Assembly (NCBI GenBank): GCA_965202805.1
Contig: OZ241869.1
Span: 2,656,001 to 2,720,000 of the forward strand
Source: Longimicrobiales bacterium
Lineage (GTDB): Bacteria > Gemmatimonadota > Gemmatimonadetes > Longimicrobiales > Gaopeijiaceae
Reading direction: 5' to 3'
DNA length: 64,000 bases
Each line of letters begins with the position of its first letter. Position 1 is the first letter of the stretch. A program made the translations under genes and the position numbers. Of the stretch, positions 9,401 to 19,310 are shown one piece after another. The notes beneath the pieces were generated by a model. That model worked only from the letters and a program-made list of their open reading frames with translations, had not been told where the DNA came from and searched no databases.

Positions 9401-11346
9401 GCCGTCACGGTCAGCGCGTAGCGGTTCGGATCGGCTTCGAAGTCCTCCCCGGGGCCGATGTAGCTCAGATCCCCCGACGCCGCATCGATGGCGAAGCGGT
9501 CGGCGCCGGACGCCAGCCCGAACTCGAACTCGTCTCCATCCGGATCGGTCGCGCGAACCCGGCCCAGCCTTCTTGGCGTCCCGCGGCCGACGCGGTTCTC
9601 CGCAATCTCGAAACGAGGCGACCGCCCGAACACCGGAGCGCGGTTCACGACTTCGACCGCGACCTCCGCGGTCGTGGTTCCGCCCTGCCCGTCTTCGACT
9701 TGAACCCGGATGACGACGCGGCCGATTCGGTCCGGTGCCGTCCAGAGCGCATCCGGCCCGTCGGTCGCGCCCGTGAACGTTCCCTGCGCAGCGCTCCAGT
9801 CGTATGCGATGGCGTCGCCGTCCGGATCCGAGGCGTCGGCCGTCAGCCGCACCTCGCCGCCGCGCGGAACCGCGCAGGGATCGCATGCCGCCTGCACGGT
9901 GGGCGGACTGTTGGGCGGCGGCGGGGAGTCGTCGTCCCGGATCGTCACCTCGACCGACGCCGGGTTGCCCGCCGTCACCTCCGGCGGCAGCGCCCCCAGC
10001 GACACCGTGAAGGTCTCCTCGTTCGCGTCGGCGTCCTCCACCGTCGAGATCGTGCCGGCGCCGGACGTCCGGCCACCGCCGATCGTGATGCTCGCCAACG
10101 ATCCGAAGTCGCCCGATTCGGCGGTCCCGGCCGCCAGCGTCAGCGGGATCGTCACGCCGTTCGACAACGCCTCCGACAACCGCGCCGTCACCGTCACCGG
10201 CTGCCCCTCCTCCACGGGATTCGGGGAAGCCGACAGGCTCACCCTCGGCGGCAGCGGCGCCCCGTCACCGTCCCGGATCGTCACCTCGACCGACGCCGGG
10301 CTGCCCGCCGTCACCTCTCCCGGCAGATTGCGCAGCCCCACCGTGAACGTCTCGTGTTCCGCGTCCGCGTCGTCCGTGGTGGAGATCGTGCCCGTGCCGG
10401 ACGTCCGGCCACCACCGATCGTGATGCTCGCCAGCGACCCGAAGTCCCCGGCTTCGGCGGTGCCGGCCGACAGCGACAGCGGGATCGTCACGCTGTTCGA
10501 CAACGCGGCCGACAGCCGCGCCGTCACCGTCACCGACTGCCCCTCGTCCACGGGGTTCGGGGCGGCCGACAGGCTCACGCTGGGCGTCGGCGGGGGCGTG
10601 GTCAGCCTGGTGAAGGTGAGCACCGCCATGGGCTCGTTGGAGAACTTGCCCGTGCCCGCGATGCGCGTAATGACGCCCTGCGGACTCGTGTCGGGATTGG
10701 ACAGGGAGAACTCCTCCCCGTCCTCGGTGCCGGCATCGTACGGAAAGAGGTTCACCACAAGCGACGGCCGCCACTGACCCGAGCCGTCGAGCAGGGACAC
10801 TCCAGACACACCGACGAACCAGTCGGGACTGGGACCGATCATGGACAGGAGCGTCACCAGCGGATGCGCCCTGTTGACGTCGATATTGAACGTCGCACTG
10901 CCGGTGCCGCCTCCCGAGACGCCTTCCTGAATGACCGACAGGGTGTGCGAACTGCCCGAAACCTCGCTGCGGAAGGTCCCGGTGGAGCCCAGTTCGGCCA
11001 CGCCCTCGACACCGGCACTGGCCTGCCCGCCAGGCGCCCAGAAGGTGACGCCGCTCCCGTGCACGCCCCCGATCAGCGTCGTGAAGTGCGCTCCGCCCAC
11101 CACTCCTCCGGGCGTACTGTCCAGCGTCCAGTTGCCATCGAACGTCACCTGGTAGGTGATCGTCTGCGCCGCGGCCGGCAGCGCTGACACACCAAGGGCA
11201 ACGGGCAGGGCGAGAAGTGCGCCGAAGCGCCGGCGGCGGAACGTGCGCGGGCGGCGGACGAGCGTGTGCGGGAGGAGGCCAGCGATGCCGACCACCTGCC
11301 GCACCCAATCGGAGAGGATCCCCCGAAGGGAGAAGTTGCGTTTCAT
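6406..11346 (-). CDS. Large surface adhesin: Spondin_N + 2x Calx-beta-like + PKD/cadherin + 4 tandem Ig-like repeats + autotransporter-like beta-barrel
   Basis: SMIGPSPDWFVGV..PYDAGT (Spondin_N); VNDAPEAADD repeats; amphipathic C-terminal strands; start uncertain. Confidence 0.82.
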   Translation of the reverse strand: MKRNFSLRGILSDWVRQVVGIAGLLPHTLVRRPRTFRRRRFGALLALPVALGVSALPAAAQTITYQVTFDGNWTLDSTPGGVVGGAHFTTLIGGVHGSGVTFWAPGGQASAGVEGVAELGSTGTFRSEVSGSSHTLSVIQEGVSGGGTGSATFNIDVNRAHPLVTLLSMIGPSPDWFVGVSGVSLLDGSGQWRPSLVVNLFPYDAGTEDGEEFSLSNPDTSPQGVITRIAGTGKFSNEPMAVLTFTRLTTPPPTPSVSLSAAPNPVDEGQSVTVTARLSAALSNSVTIPLSLSAGTAEAGDFGSLASITIGGGRTSGTGTISTTDDADAEHETFTVGLRNLPGEVTAGSPASVEVTIRDGDGAPLPPRVSLSASPNPVEEGQPVTVTARLSEALSNGVTIPLTLAAGTAESGDFGSLASITIGGGRTSGAGTISTVEDADANEETFTVSLGALPPEVTAGNPASVEVTIRDDDSPPPPNSPPTVQAACDPCAVPRGGEVRLTADASDPDGDAIAYDWSAAQGTFTGATDGPDALWTAPDRIGRVVIRVQVEDGQGGTTTAEVAVEVVNRAPVFGRSPRFEIAENRVGRGTPRRLGRVRATDPDGDEFEFGLASGADRFAIDAASGDLSYIGPGEDFEADPNRYALTVTATDTLGGEAQAEVVVQVVDVNEHPVAADDTLSVAEDRKARVEVLANDADPDRGDRIRVVSVGVPGHGQAQIVGAWTAVQYAPDPNYHGPDRFTYVVADAGGLADTATVEVTVVPVNDAPEAADDQATTREDEAVEIAVLDNDTDLDGDRLRVESVSPAGHGVAEVAANGTSVSYVPDANYHGPDRFTYVVADAGGLADTAMVEITVTPVNDAPEAADDQATTREDEAVEIPVLDNDADLDGDRLRVESVSPAEHGVAEVAADGTSVSYLPDANYHGPDRFTYVVADAGGLADTAMVEITVTPVNDAPEAADDQATTAEDEAVEIPVLDNDVDLDGDRLHVRSVSPAGHGAAEVAADGTNVSYVPDANYHGPDRFTYVVADMDGLADTATVEVTVTPVNDGPAAVGAIPDQLLDEGEDEVTVELTPFFTDIDGDPLAFSAETSNADVVTAAVSGAALVLVPVAYGDATVIVTATDPGGLAATQRVTVGVSDRPVRAVLNDAFAAMARSWLASARMTLERRVAPGARGGTDAGGQSGLRVGGRSVGLPDGHSFWDAAKQVVTGWLPDPTGIGNRFAHRTRSAHVRPGTALSTPGAPRPAPGTGLSLSGVAPGTDLSLSDLAPAGVSNPLNQIRGPAGIASTDFTFAWGGQAADSARPGIAWSLWGQADVQRFDGGAGEPGSGPAGIAGDYDGDLRVQYLGLDAQLSSWLFGVALGRSRGASDWNAGTASGRLSTSMTSVHPYLRWSRGATAVWTTFGAGTGEARNERAATGRVGTSPLDLAMGLVDFRRRLGPAGGAVAFGLRADAGWANLSTGEGTETIDDLRGRVHQARLGLDVRSELQAGGAGLAPFGAVHVRHDGGDGPTGRGVELAGGLRTQIGLVGLDVQGRWLAFHSATRYNESGAGLTLTVGGREEEGFSLSASPRWGGQTRGGFALWQDRAPGMTPGPDALPPGWTMDVRGGYRARLGGRLLEVATAYDRASGGQRLQLTGHIGLAPANQR
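8214..9345 (-). repeat. Four tandem ~282-bp (94-aa) Ig-like domain repeats
   Basis: Units begin near 9345, 9060, 8778 and 8496; last three nearly identical. Confidence 0.92.
9930..10580 (-). repeat. Two ~327-bp Calx-beta-like domain repeats
   Basis: VSLSA.PNPV.EGQ.VTVTARLS...ASVEVTIRD occurs twice. Confidence 0.88.
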
Positions 11347-11553
11347 TCGATCATTGCCCGGCGTCCCGAACATCCCCAGGACGCCCGTCTAAGTAATGTT
11401 TACCTTACATTCTGTAATGCGCGCAAAACATCATGCCCCTTGGGGGACCTCGGTGGCCCGGAGTACGCGGACCCCGCGTCGATCCGCGAGATCCATAGCT
11501 GGGGACCGCGCGAGACCCCTGACTCCGGCTCACCTCCGGGCCTGTCCCGCACC

Positions 11554-14154
11554 TCACCGCGGCGGCCCACCTCCCCGGCTGCTGCCTCCGATCGGGTCAC
11601 CCTGCGGCATCACCAGCGCGCCGCCTGGGACCGTGTTCTCGATGCGCTGCTGCCAGCGGCGGATGTCGGCGGCCACCAGGCGCTGGTGCGGTGACGGGTC
11701 GGACATCGCCTCCAGGTCCGTGGCGAGCCGCTCCAGCCGGTCGGCGAGCACGGCGCGCACCTCGGCGGCGTTTCCGTCCCGGCTGGCCTGCTGCATCATG
11801 CGGTCGGCGACGGAGCGCTGGACGGCGTGCAGCACCCGCTGGCGGTAGTCGTCCGGGGCCGCGTCCGCGCCCCAGGTGTGCTCGATCAGCCGGTCCGCGA
11901 CCTCCTCAAGGCCCGGGTAGTCGCCCATGCTGCCGAACACCAGCAGGCGGGCCATGCGGTTGGGGTGCAGGATCTCGCCCACGGCGAAGTCGGCCGCCGC
12001 CTCGGCCGCGCCCACCGGGTCGAAGACCAGCCCGGTGTAGCCGGGGAAGGCCTCGCCCTCGTCGTGGCGGAAGGCCGCGGGCGGGATCATCGACACGACG
12101 TCCTCGGGCAGCGTCAGGAAGTCGACCGTCAGCGTCGAGAGAATCGTCTCCAGCGCGTCCCGCTGCTCGTCGGCCGGGATGATGGCGAACGGCCTCTGCC
12201 CATCTCCCTTGAGCGCGTAGCGATAGTCGGCGCCGCCGAGGGTCTGCGCGGCGGAGCGCAGCTGGAAGCGATGGTGCATGTAGAGGGGCATCAGGACGTA
12301 TTCGAGGTCCGAGAGCGGCTCTCCGGTGCGGAGCACGTCGGTGCCGAACTTCTCGAGCCCGATCTCGCGCACGTCGATTTCGAGCTTCAGATGGTCGACC
12401 AGGTTGGCCCCGTTGTCCCATACGCTCGCCCCCGGGTGTGCGGCCCCGATGAAGTTGTTGTTGGTGTGCATCATGAAGACGAGCCCGTCGTCGATCCCCT
12501 GCAGGACGATCTCGTTCAGCGCGGCCCGCTCGTCGGTCCCCTCCGGGAACTCCCGGTAGAGCCAGTTGACGGAGAGCTTGTCGTAGGTGCCGATGCGGGG
12601 CACGTAGGCGTCGGAGAGGTCGATGTCGCCGTTGTCGTCGATGGTGGCCAGGGGCGCAGGATAGTCCATGACGCTCTCGCGGCCGTAGGTGCTGGAGAGA
12701 TAGTTGTGCGGGAAGCCGAGCGTGTGCCCCACCTCGTGCGCGGACAGCTGCCGGACGCGCGCGAGCGCCATCTCCACCGCGTCGGAGTTGCCGGCGACCT
12801 GGGCCAGGTACTCGAAGTCCGGCGCCCCCGCGAGCATGCACGCCTCCCAGTAGGCGCGCTCCTCGTCGCTCATGGGCACGTCGAAGTAGCCGCCCCCGTC
12901 GTCGGAGGTGATCCCGCCCGTGAACGGCGGCACCATCCCCTGCCCGTGCAGGTAGTCCTGGCGCAGCCGCAGGCTCCCCAGGTTCACCACCCCGCGCACG
13001 ATCTCGCCGGTGCGCGGATCGATCACCGAGTTGCCGTACGAGTAGCCGCGCGTCCGCCGGTGGGTCCAGTGGATCATGTTGTAGCGGATGTCCTGCGCGT
13101 CGACCCCCTCGGGCAGCACCTCGACGTGGTAGGCGTCGATGAAGCCCGCCTCCTCGAAGGCCTCGGCCCACCACTCGGCCCCCTCGATGAGCGCGCTCCG
13201 CACCGGCTCGGGCGTGCCCGGATCCACATAGTAGACGATGGGCTCGACCGCCTCGGAGCGCTCCGCGTCCGGGTCCCGCTTCTGCAGGCGATGGCGGGCC
13301 ACCCAGCGGATGCGCATGTCCTCGTCGATGGGACTCGCGTAGTCGCGCACGGTCGGCCCGTTCACCCCGATACGCGGATCGGCGACGCGCGGTTCGTAAC
13401 CGGGCCCGGGCAACTGGATGAAGGAGTGGTGCTGGCGCACGGTGAACGAACTGCCCGTGGCCGCAACGCCGCTGACCAGGTTGCCGGGCCGGTCGCTCGT
13501 GAAGGTGAGCATCGCCTCGACCTCGGTGTTCTCCGGAAACGACTTGGTGTTGGGCAGATAGATGGCGCTACGGGACACGTCGAGCTGGAACGACCCCTGC
13601 CCCCGCTGCTCGATCTGATTAATGACCCCGCGCGCGTCGCGCATGAAGAACTCGGTGGCGTCCACCAGCACGCGGTCGCCGGTGCGGGCCACGATGTCGA
13701 AGCCCCAGTGCACCGACGGCGCGAAGGCGTCGCGCACCGCCCGCGCCTCGGCGGTGTTTTCGGTGATGGCCCGGAACTCGTAGTTGGGCTCGACGAGCAG
13801 CACCCGCGGCCCGATGCGGCGCGCCTCGAAGACGTGCGTCCCGCGCAACTGCCCCCGGTCGATCCCCACCGGATTGCTCCCGAGCCCCGACCCCATCGAG
13901 ATCTGGTAGAGAAACTCGGTGTCCAGCTCGGCGATCTCCCAGTAGAGGGCGCCGGCGTCGTCATCCCAGTAGAGGTTGAAGAAGCCCTCCATGGGGGTCG
14001 TGCCCTGGGTCATCTCCTCGATGGTGGGGAGGTCCTGGGCGGTGGCGGGGGAGGGGAAGGTGGCGATGGTGGCGACCACGGCCGCGGTGGTGAGTGCGGC
14101 GAGGGTGAGGAGGGGGGTGGGGGGGACGAGTCGGCGGGTTCGTCGGGTCGTCAT
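11554..14154 (-). CDS. Secreted zinc-dependent metalloprotease (DUF5117/DUF4953 type)
   Basis: HEVGHTLGFPHN and SVMDY Met-turn; signal peptide ..ATAQD; RBS GGAGG-like before ATG 14154. Confidence 0.92.
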   Translation of the reverse strand: MTTRRTRRLVPPTPLLTLAALTTAAVVATIATFPSPATAQDLPTIEEMTQGTTPMEGFFNLYWDDDAGALYWEIAELDTEFLYQISMGSGLGSNPVGIDRGQLRGTHVFEARRIGPRVLLVEPNYEFRAITENTAEARAVRDAFAPSVHWGFDIVARTGDRVLVDATEFFMRDARGVINQIEQRGQGSFQLDVSRSAIYLPNTKSFPENTEVEAMLTFTSDRPGNLVSGVAATGSSFTVRQHHSFIQLPGPGYEPRVADPRIGVNGPTVRDYASPIDEDMRIRWVARHRLQKRDPDAERSEAVEPIVYYVDPGTPEPVRSALIEGAEWWAEAFEEAGFIDAYHVEVLPEGVDAQDIRYNMIHWTHRRTRGYSYGNSVIDPRTGEIVRGVVNLGSLRLRQDYLHGQGMVPPFTGGITSDDGGGYFDVPMSDEERAYWEACMLAGAPDFEYLAQVAGNSDAVEMALARVRQLSAHEVGHTLGFPHNYLSSTYGRESVMDYPAPLATIDDNGDIDLSDAYVPRIGTYDKLSVNWLYREFPEGTDERAALNEIVLQGIDDGLVFMMHTNNNFIGAAHPGASVWDNGANLVDHLKLEIDVREIGLEKFGTDVLRTGEPLSDLEYVLMPLYMHHRFQLRSAAQTLGGADYRYALKGDGQRPFAIIPADEQRDALETILSTLTVDFLTLPEDVVSMIPPAAFRHDEGEAFPGYTGLVFDPVGAAEAAADFAVGEILHPNRMARLLVFGSMGDYPGLEEVADRLIEHTWGADAAPDDYRQRVLHAVQRSVADRMMQQASRDGNAAEVRAVLADRLERLATDLEAMSDPSPHQRLVAADIRRWQQRIENTVPGGALVMPQGDPIGGSSRGGGPPR

Positions 14155-14672
14155 GGCGGGTACCTCGGAGGGGTGGGGGTGCGGGAGTTCTTCTGCAGGA
14201 GCGTTGGAGCGTCGGGCGGGTGAAGCCAGGCCGTAGGCACGTGACCACCAGCGATGGCTCAACACGGATACGGTGAGACTGGAACAGGGGCCAGAGGGGC
14301 GCAAGCGAGCAACACCCTCATGCGGTGGCGAGACACACAACAGATCATGGCCCCGCTTCCTCAGACAAAGCCTCACGGGGGAGGACGGCGTTCAGAGCCG
14401 GCATCCGAGAGGTGTACGTGGCCGAGAGGGCGGACTCTCGCTCTCTGGCTATCGTAGGCGTTGGTCGGATGATGCTAGACCACGCGGAACGCAAGTACCG
14501 AGGGCATTACCCGAAGAATCGGCCTCTGTGATCGACGTGCTAGCCTGACTCCCTTGGCGGTGCCCCGTCATCTCCCAGCTTCCACGTAGACCTCCACCGA
14601 GGTTTACAACGTTCCCAACGTCCGCTAACGTCGGTGTATCGCAACGCCGCACGACGTCCGGCTGATGGGGAG

Positions 14673-15617
14673 ATGGAACAAACGATGCCATCACACCTTT
14701 CCGTGACATCCAGAAAGCCTGCGCTCCCCGAAGCCGATTTCATGTTCGGGATCGACTTCAAGCACCGTGAGCGGCCAGCTTCTCGGCTGTTCCTCGCGAC
14801 ACATGCATTCATCCTCACTTGTGAGTCACTGGATCGAGAATTGATAGGTTGTATAGATTCAAGCATACAGCCTGTTATGGTATTGGAAGATGTTCAAGCG
14901 GCATCTCTAAAGACTTGGTTTCGGACCATGCTGAGCGAAGTCGACGATACGGCTCTGCACCGCATGGATTGGAAGCCTATGATTGGTCAATACCTTGTGC
15001 GTGCCAAGTACTTCATCCTCCGGTGGCTTGACGATCCCGAACGGTCGTCGCCACACGACATGATTGATGAGATTGGCGACCTTGCCGAAGATCAGGGCAT
15101 TGTGAATAAGCTCGGATACCGACCTCCGCAGCTGGGGAGCTTACTTGACGCCGCGACTAATTACCAAGAAGTAAAAGACCACTTGATAGAGGGCGACCAA
15201 GCGTATGTAGAGATTGAACCCAACAGCGAGGCGCCTATAAGACACGATGTGAATGTCACCGTGGCGTGGAATGTAGATACTATCGCAGACTTGATCACGA
15301 GCGACACCTCGGTCAGCGAAAGCACTATGAACCTAATAGTAAAAAAGCCCGACTTTTTGGGTGATAGCAAATGGGATTTTCGTCACGGCAAACGGACCAT
15401 TTCAGCCAAGATTGAAGATGAGGGCTGGCTCCGTGACTTTCAGAACCGGAAAATCAACGTGCTCCCAGGCTACGCGCTAAAATGTCGCGTGCGAACCGAG
15501 CTCGCGTATGACGCATCCTACGAGCTAATATCGACCCGCTACTTCATCCAAGAGGTCTTGGAAGTTATCGCTTTTAATTATGACGACGAACAGTCTTTCT
15601 TTTTTGGTCAAGAGTAA
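14673..15617 (+). CDS. Hypothetical protein, lower GC, horizontally acquired
   Basis: Long ORF with protein-like composition (IVKKPDFLGDSKWDF..ISAKIEDEGWL); start 14673 or 14685. Confidence 0.75.
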   Translation: MEQTMPSHLSVTSRKPALPEADFMFGIDFKHRERPASRLFLATHAFILTCESLDRELIGCIDSSIQPVMVLEDVQAASLKTWFRTMLSEVDDTALHRMDWKPMIGQYLVRAKYFILRWLDDPERSSPHDMIDEIGDLAEDQGIVNKLGYRPPQLGSLLDAATNYQEVKDHLIEGDQAYVEIEPNSEAPIRHDVNVTVAWNVDTIADLITSDTSVSESTMNLIVKKPDFLGDSKWDFRHGKRTISAKIEDEGWLRDFQNRKINVLPGYALKCRVRTELAYDASYELISTRYFIQEVLEVIAFNYDDEQSFFFGQE

Positions 15618-16094
15618 AGAGGGCGTTGCCTTCCTATGTCTCACCCCCAGCTAATAGCATGGAGACGTACCACAAGACGGCAGCCACTCTATCGATATGA
15701 AAGAAACCATTCCCGTCTCCTCGCACGACCGCTCTTGCGCTTTATTGCGGAAGTTATACGCGACATATTGCTTGGTTTGCTTCAGAGCGTGATCCCTTGA
15801 TGACCTTGCAAACCATATGCATTCAGACGGTCGGAATGCGTTCCCTTAACTCATATGCCCGCTCCATCACCGAGTGCGGATACGTCACCGTCTGCGCCTC
15901 CGGAGTCCTCCAAGTACCGGATGCTGTCCCCGTGCGTCGGCAGCAAGGGGACCTGCTACGACGGTTGTCGCGTGCCGCGAGACATATCGGCTGCCGACGC
16001 CAAGCAGTGTTGCAATGAAATGCTATGGCCGTGACAGGTTCAGGGCAGATGTTGTATCTTTTCATGTAGAGAAACGACACACGACGAGGCCTAC

Positions 16095-16763
16095 ATGAGG
16101 TTGATCGACTTTCTCAAACGCTATCCCGACGGTTGGATCGTGAACGCAACGAAGAGCCCGGAGGAGCACCGGTGGGCGCATGATCGTGACCCTGGGTTAT
16201 CCCGCAGGCGCTCCATCCACCATCGCATCCGACCTGCGATGATCGAGGAAGACAACGCGATGCTCCAGCGCATCGGTGAGGCCGGCGTGACCTCCGTTGG
16301 CGGCAAGCCGCGAAGGGGCAATAGCCGGTTCGGAGGTCGTCCGGGCCTGGACGGGCGCCACACACACACATTGGCGGTTATCGGCGCCGTCGATTGGGGC
16401 GCAGCGTGGGCACTCGCGTGGCCACCGATCCCTCGGAGGGAAGCGTTGGTCGGTTACCCAACCGCCACATGGATCTGCAGGGATCGCCGCTCACCACGGA
16501 TGGGTATCAGTCTCGAAAGCACCTTTGGGACTGGACGGCTTAACGCCATCATCAATCACCGCATCAGCTACCCGGTCGGGTTGGTTCACACTAACAGTGT
16601 CGAACGCTTCGGGAGCCTTCGAAAGCGCCCGTGGCATGCAACGCCGCATCGCCTCGAAGCAGAGCGCCTGCCGCTCTACATTGCCGAATCTGTCGGAGGA
16701 CATAATCACAGAAGGGATCGAAACGCGTTCGGTTCCGTCATTCGGGAGGCGATGGCATGGTGA
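16095..16763 (+). pseudogene. Degenerate IS1595 (ISXO2-like) transposase
   Basis: EAGVTSVGGK (from E.DET.VGGK), AVIGAV, INH..Y..G.VHTNSVE.F.SL.KR and LYIAE...HNHR; catalytic acidic residues and Zn ribbon eroded. Confidence 0.8.
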
Positions 16764-18226
16764 ACACACCCAATAAGCTGCTCTACGGCGATTGCCTCAC
16801 GCACCTTCGGCAGATGCCGAAGTACAGCGTGGACTTAATCTATCTCGATCCGCCGTTCAACTCAAATCGCGAATACAACAACATCTACAAGGACGAGACA
16901 GGCCGCCCCCTCCCTGACATGATCGAGGCGTTCAATGACACCTGGACATTGGACCAAGAACGAGAGCGTGCTATACGGCATACCCCGGTCCTGATGCGGG
17001 AAGCAGGCATCGAGGACGAGGTAGCTAACTTTTGGAAGCTGTGGATGAATGCGCTGCGGGCCACCAATCCGCGGTTGCTCGCCTATCTGTCTTACATGAC
17101 CGAGCGGCTACTCCAGATGAAGAGCATCCTCAAGCCAGCCGGCACAATCTATGTACACTGTGATCCCACTGCAAGTCACTATCTGAAAGTGATGATGGAC
17201 AGCATTTTTGGACACAAGAACTTCCGCAATGAGATCGTTTGGTGCTACCGTGGGGGCGGAGTTCCGAAGAGCGACTTTGCACGAAAGCATGACATTATCC
17301 TGCGGTATTCGGCGGGAAAAACGGTGACGTTCAATGTCGATGACGTGCGGATTCCCTATTCTGATGCGGTCTTAGGAAGTAACCCTAGCCGGTACGACAA
17401 ATCTTACCGACCAGGGAAGGTCTATAGCGGATACACTCTGAACCCAAAGGGGAAGCATCCTGAAGACTGGTGGCCGATCCAGCCAATTATGCCGTCATCT
17501 GGTGAACGCATGGGGTACAAGACCCAGAAGCCTCTCGTCCTAATGGAGCGTATCATCAAGGCCAGCAGCAATCCGCGAGACATGGTACTTGACCCTTTCT
17601 GCGGGTGTGGAACAACGATGGAAGCGGCTCACAGACTCGGCCGTCGATGGATTGGCATAGACATCGCGATTCATGCCGTCAAGCGTGTATCCCGCGTCCG
17701 ACTCCAAGAGCGTCTAGGATTGGTCGAGGGTGAGCACTTTGAGATCGACGGAGTGCCGCGCGACCTCGAAGGAGCCATAGACCTTTGGAAGCGGGACAAA
17801 TATGACTTCCAGCGTTGGGCTGTGGAACAGGTGGACGGCTTTGTGACTACCAAGCGGACGGCGGACGGCGGAATTGACGGACGTCTGTACTTCGGCGTGA
17901 AGGATCGAAAAGACCTTGCCAGCATGGCACTGGAGGTGAAAGGTGGAAAACACGTCACCATCGCACACCTGAGAGCATTGCGGGGAGTACTGGAGACGGA
18001 CAGTGCAGAGATGGCCGGGCTGATCGTTATGAACCCACTAGGGCCGACCCAACAACGGAATTTCAATCGCTTCGCAGCGCAGGCGGGCTACTTTGAGGAA
18101 CTAGGCACCAAGTATGACTGTATGCAGATTCTCACTGTGCCTGATATCTTGGCGGGGAAGAAGTTCCATACACCCAGCGTGGCGGGTTTGTACGTGACCG
18201 GACAAGGCCAATTGGGGCTCGGATAG
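16757..18226 (+). CDS. Beta-class N6A/N4C DNA methyltransferase with C-terminal Mrr-like PD-(D/E)xK domain
   Basis: LIYLDPPF, TQKP..L.ERII..SSN, VLDPFCGCGTT; C-terminal DGGIDG...EVKGG. Confidence 0.92.
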   Translation: MVNTPNKLLYGDCLTHLRQMPKYSVDLIYLDPPFNSNREYNNIYKDETGRPLPDMIEAFNDTWTLDQERERAIRHTPVLMREAGIEDEVANFWKLWMNALRATNPRLLAYLSYMTERLLQMKSILKPAGTIYVHCDPTASHYLKVMMDSIFGHKNFRNEIVWCYRGGGVPKSDFARKHDIILRYSAGKTVTFNVDDVRIPYSDAVLGSNPSRYDKSYRPGKVYSGYTLNPKGKHPEDWWPIQPIMPSSGERMGYKTQKPLVLMERIIKASSNPRDMVLDPFCGCGTTMEAAHRLGRRWIGIDIAIHAVKRVSRVRLQERLGLVEGEHFEIDGVPRDLEGAIDLWKRDKYDFQRWAVEQVDGFVTTKRTADGGIDGRLYFGVKDRKDLASMALEVKGGKHVTIAHLRALRGVLETDSAEMAGLIVMNPLGPTQQRNFNRFAAQAGYFEELGTKYDCMQILTVPDILAGKKFHTPSVAGLYVTGQGQLGLG

Positions 18227-18311
18227 TTCTGCCCATGGGCGCAAGCCTAGAGCTCATCATTTCATATCAGTTGTCGTCCTGAGCCTCGCGATCCGCGAAT
18301 GTACAAGTACG

Positions 18312-19052
18312 ATGGATTGGACGCCCCCTCCCGACGGCATCGCGATGTGCCAAGATGGTGCTGAAGCGATTAAGTCGGCCATCTGAGGGAGGAGGCATCC
18401 ACATGGAAGAGGTTACGATCATCGGGATCGATCTGGCAAAGCGCAGCTTTCAGGTACACGGGGCGCGGGCGGACGGGTCGGTTGCCTACCGCAGGAAGCT
18501 GAGCCGCGGGAAGCTGCTGGGCTTTTTCGGTTCACAGCCGCCGTGTACGGTGGCGATGGAGGCGTGCGCCAGCGCCCACTACTGGGGCCGTGAGATCGTG
18601 GCGCTCGGCCACGAAGTGAGACTGGTTCCCCCGATCTACGTGAAACCCTTCGTCAAGAGGAACAAAAACGACGCGGCCGACGCGGAGGCGATCACGGAGA
18701 CGGCGCAGCGTCCGACCATGCACTTCGTGGCGGTCAAGACCGAAGCGCAGCAAGCGCAGGGGATGCTCTTTCGCACGCGTGACCTGCTGGTGCGCCAGCG
18801 GACGCAGACGATCAACGCGCTGCGGGGCCACCTCGCCGAGTACGGTGTTGTCACTCCGCAGGGCAGGGCCCGGATCAGGCCGTTGGCCGCGGTGCTCGAA
18901 GACCGGGACTGTAGCTTGCCCGAGGCGGTCGCCGATCTGGGCTGGGTGCTGCTCGGGCGGATCGATGAACTCGATGAGAAGATCGATGGGCTCGACCGCG
19001 AAATCCAGGCGAGCGCGCGGCAGAATGAAGAGACGGCGCGGCTGATGACGAT
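18312..19052 (+). mobile_element. IS110-family (IS1111 group) element, 3'-truncated
   Basis: Left end ATGGATTGGACGCCCC; transposase from ATG 18403 with IGIDLAK, AMEAC, KNDAADAEAI; homology stops at LMTI, so the C-terminal domain is missing. Confidence 0.9.
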
Positions 19053-19067
19053 CTGTCTTCGAAGCGC

Positions 19068-19310
19068 TTATGGTTCTGTCTCCATCCGATTCAATCGCTG
19101 ACTAATCGCTTGCTGCTCCTTGTGGAACAAGTCAAGCACCTTCACGATCTTCGGCAGCATGTCGTCGAGCCGCCGCTCGATGGCGTCGATCCGTTCTTCG
19201 GGTGTGTCCAGCGCTCGGATCTGGTGTTCGTCGAGCGATCGAAGCAGGGCCGCGATCATGGGACTGGACCGCGCCATTTTCTTTATGACTCTTCTGGATT
19301 CTTGGTTCAT
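19068..19310 (-). CDS. Small coiled-coil hypothetical protein
   Basis: 80-aa helical ORF (EERIDAIERRLDDML) located where the IS110 is cut. Confidence 0.45.
   Translation of the reverse strand: MNQESRRVIKKMARSSPMIAALLRSLDEHQIRALDTPEERIDAIERRLDDMLPKIVKVLDLFHKEQQAISQRLNRMETEP

Noticed and set aside
7660..11187. Long antisense/alternate-frame ORFs (also 61-1275, 11827-14223, 44445-46493, 52881-54716, 59600-61219 and others)
   Set aside because: Shadow frames of real genes caused by high GC3; Arg/Pro/Gly-rich with no motifs
18312..18402. Bridge RNA in the IS110 left end
   Set aside because: Only about 90 nt; the IS1111-type guide is expected downstream, which is deleted
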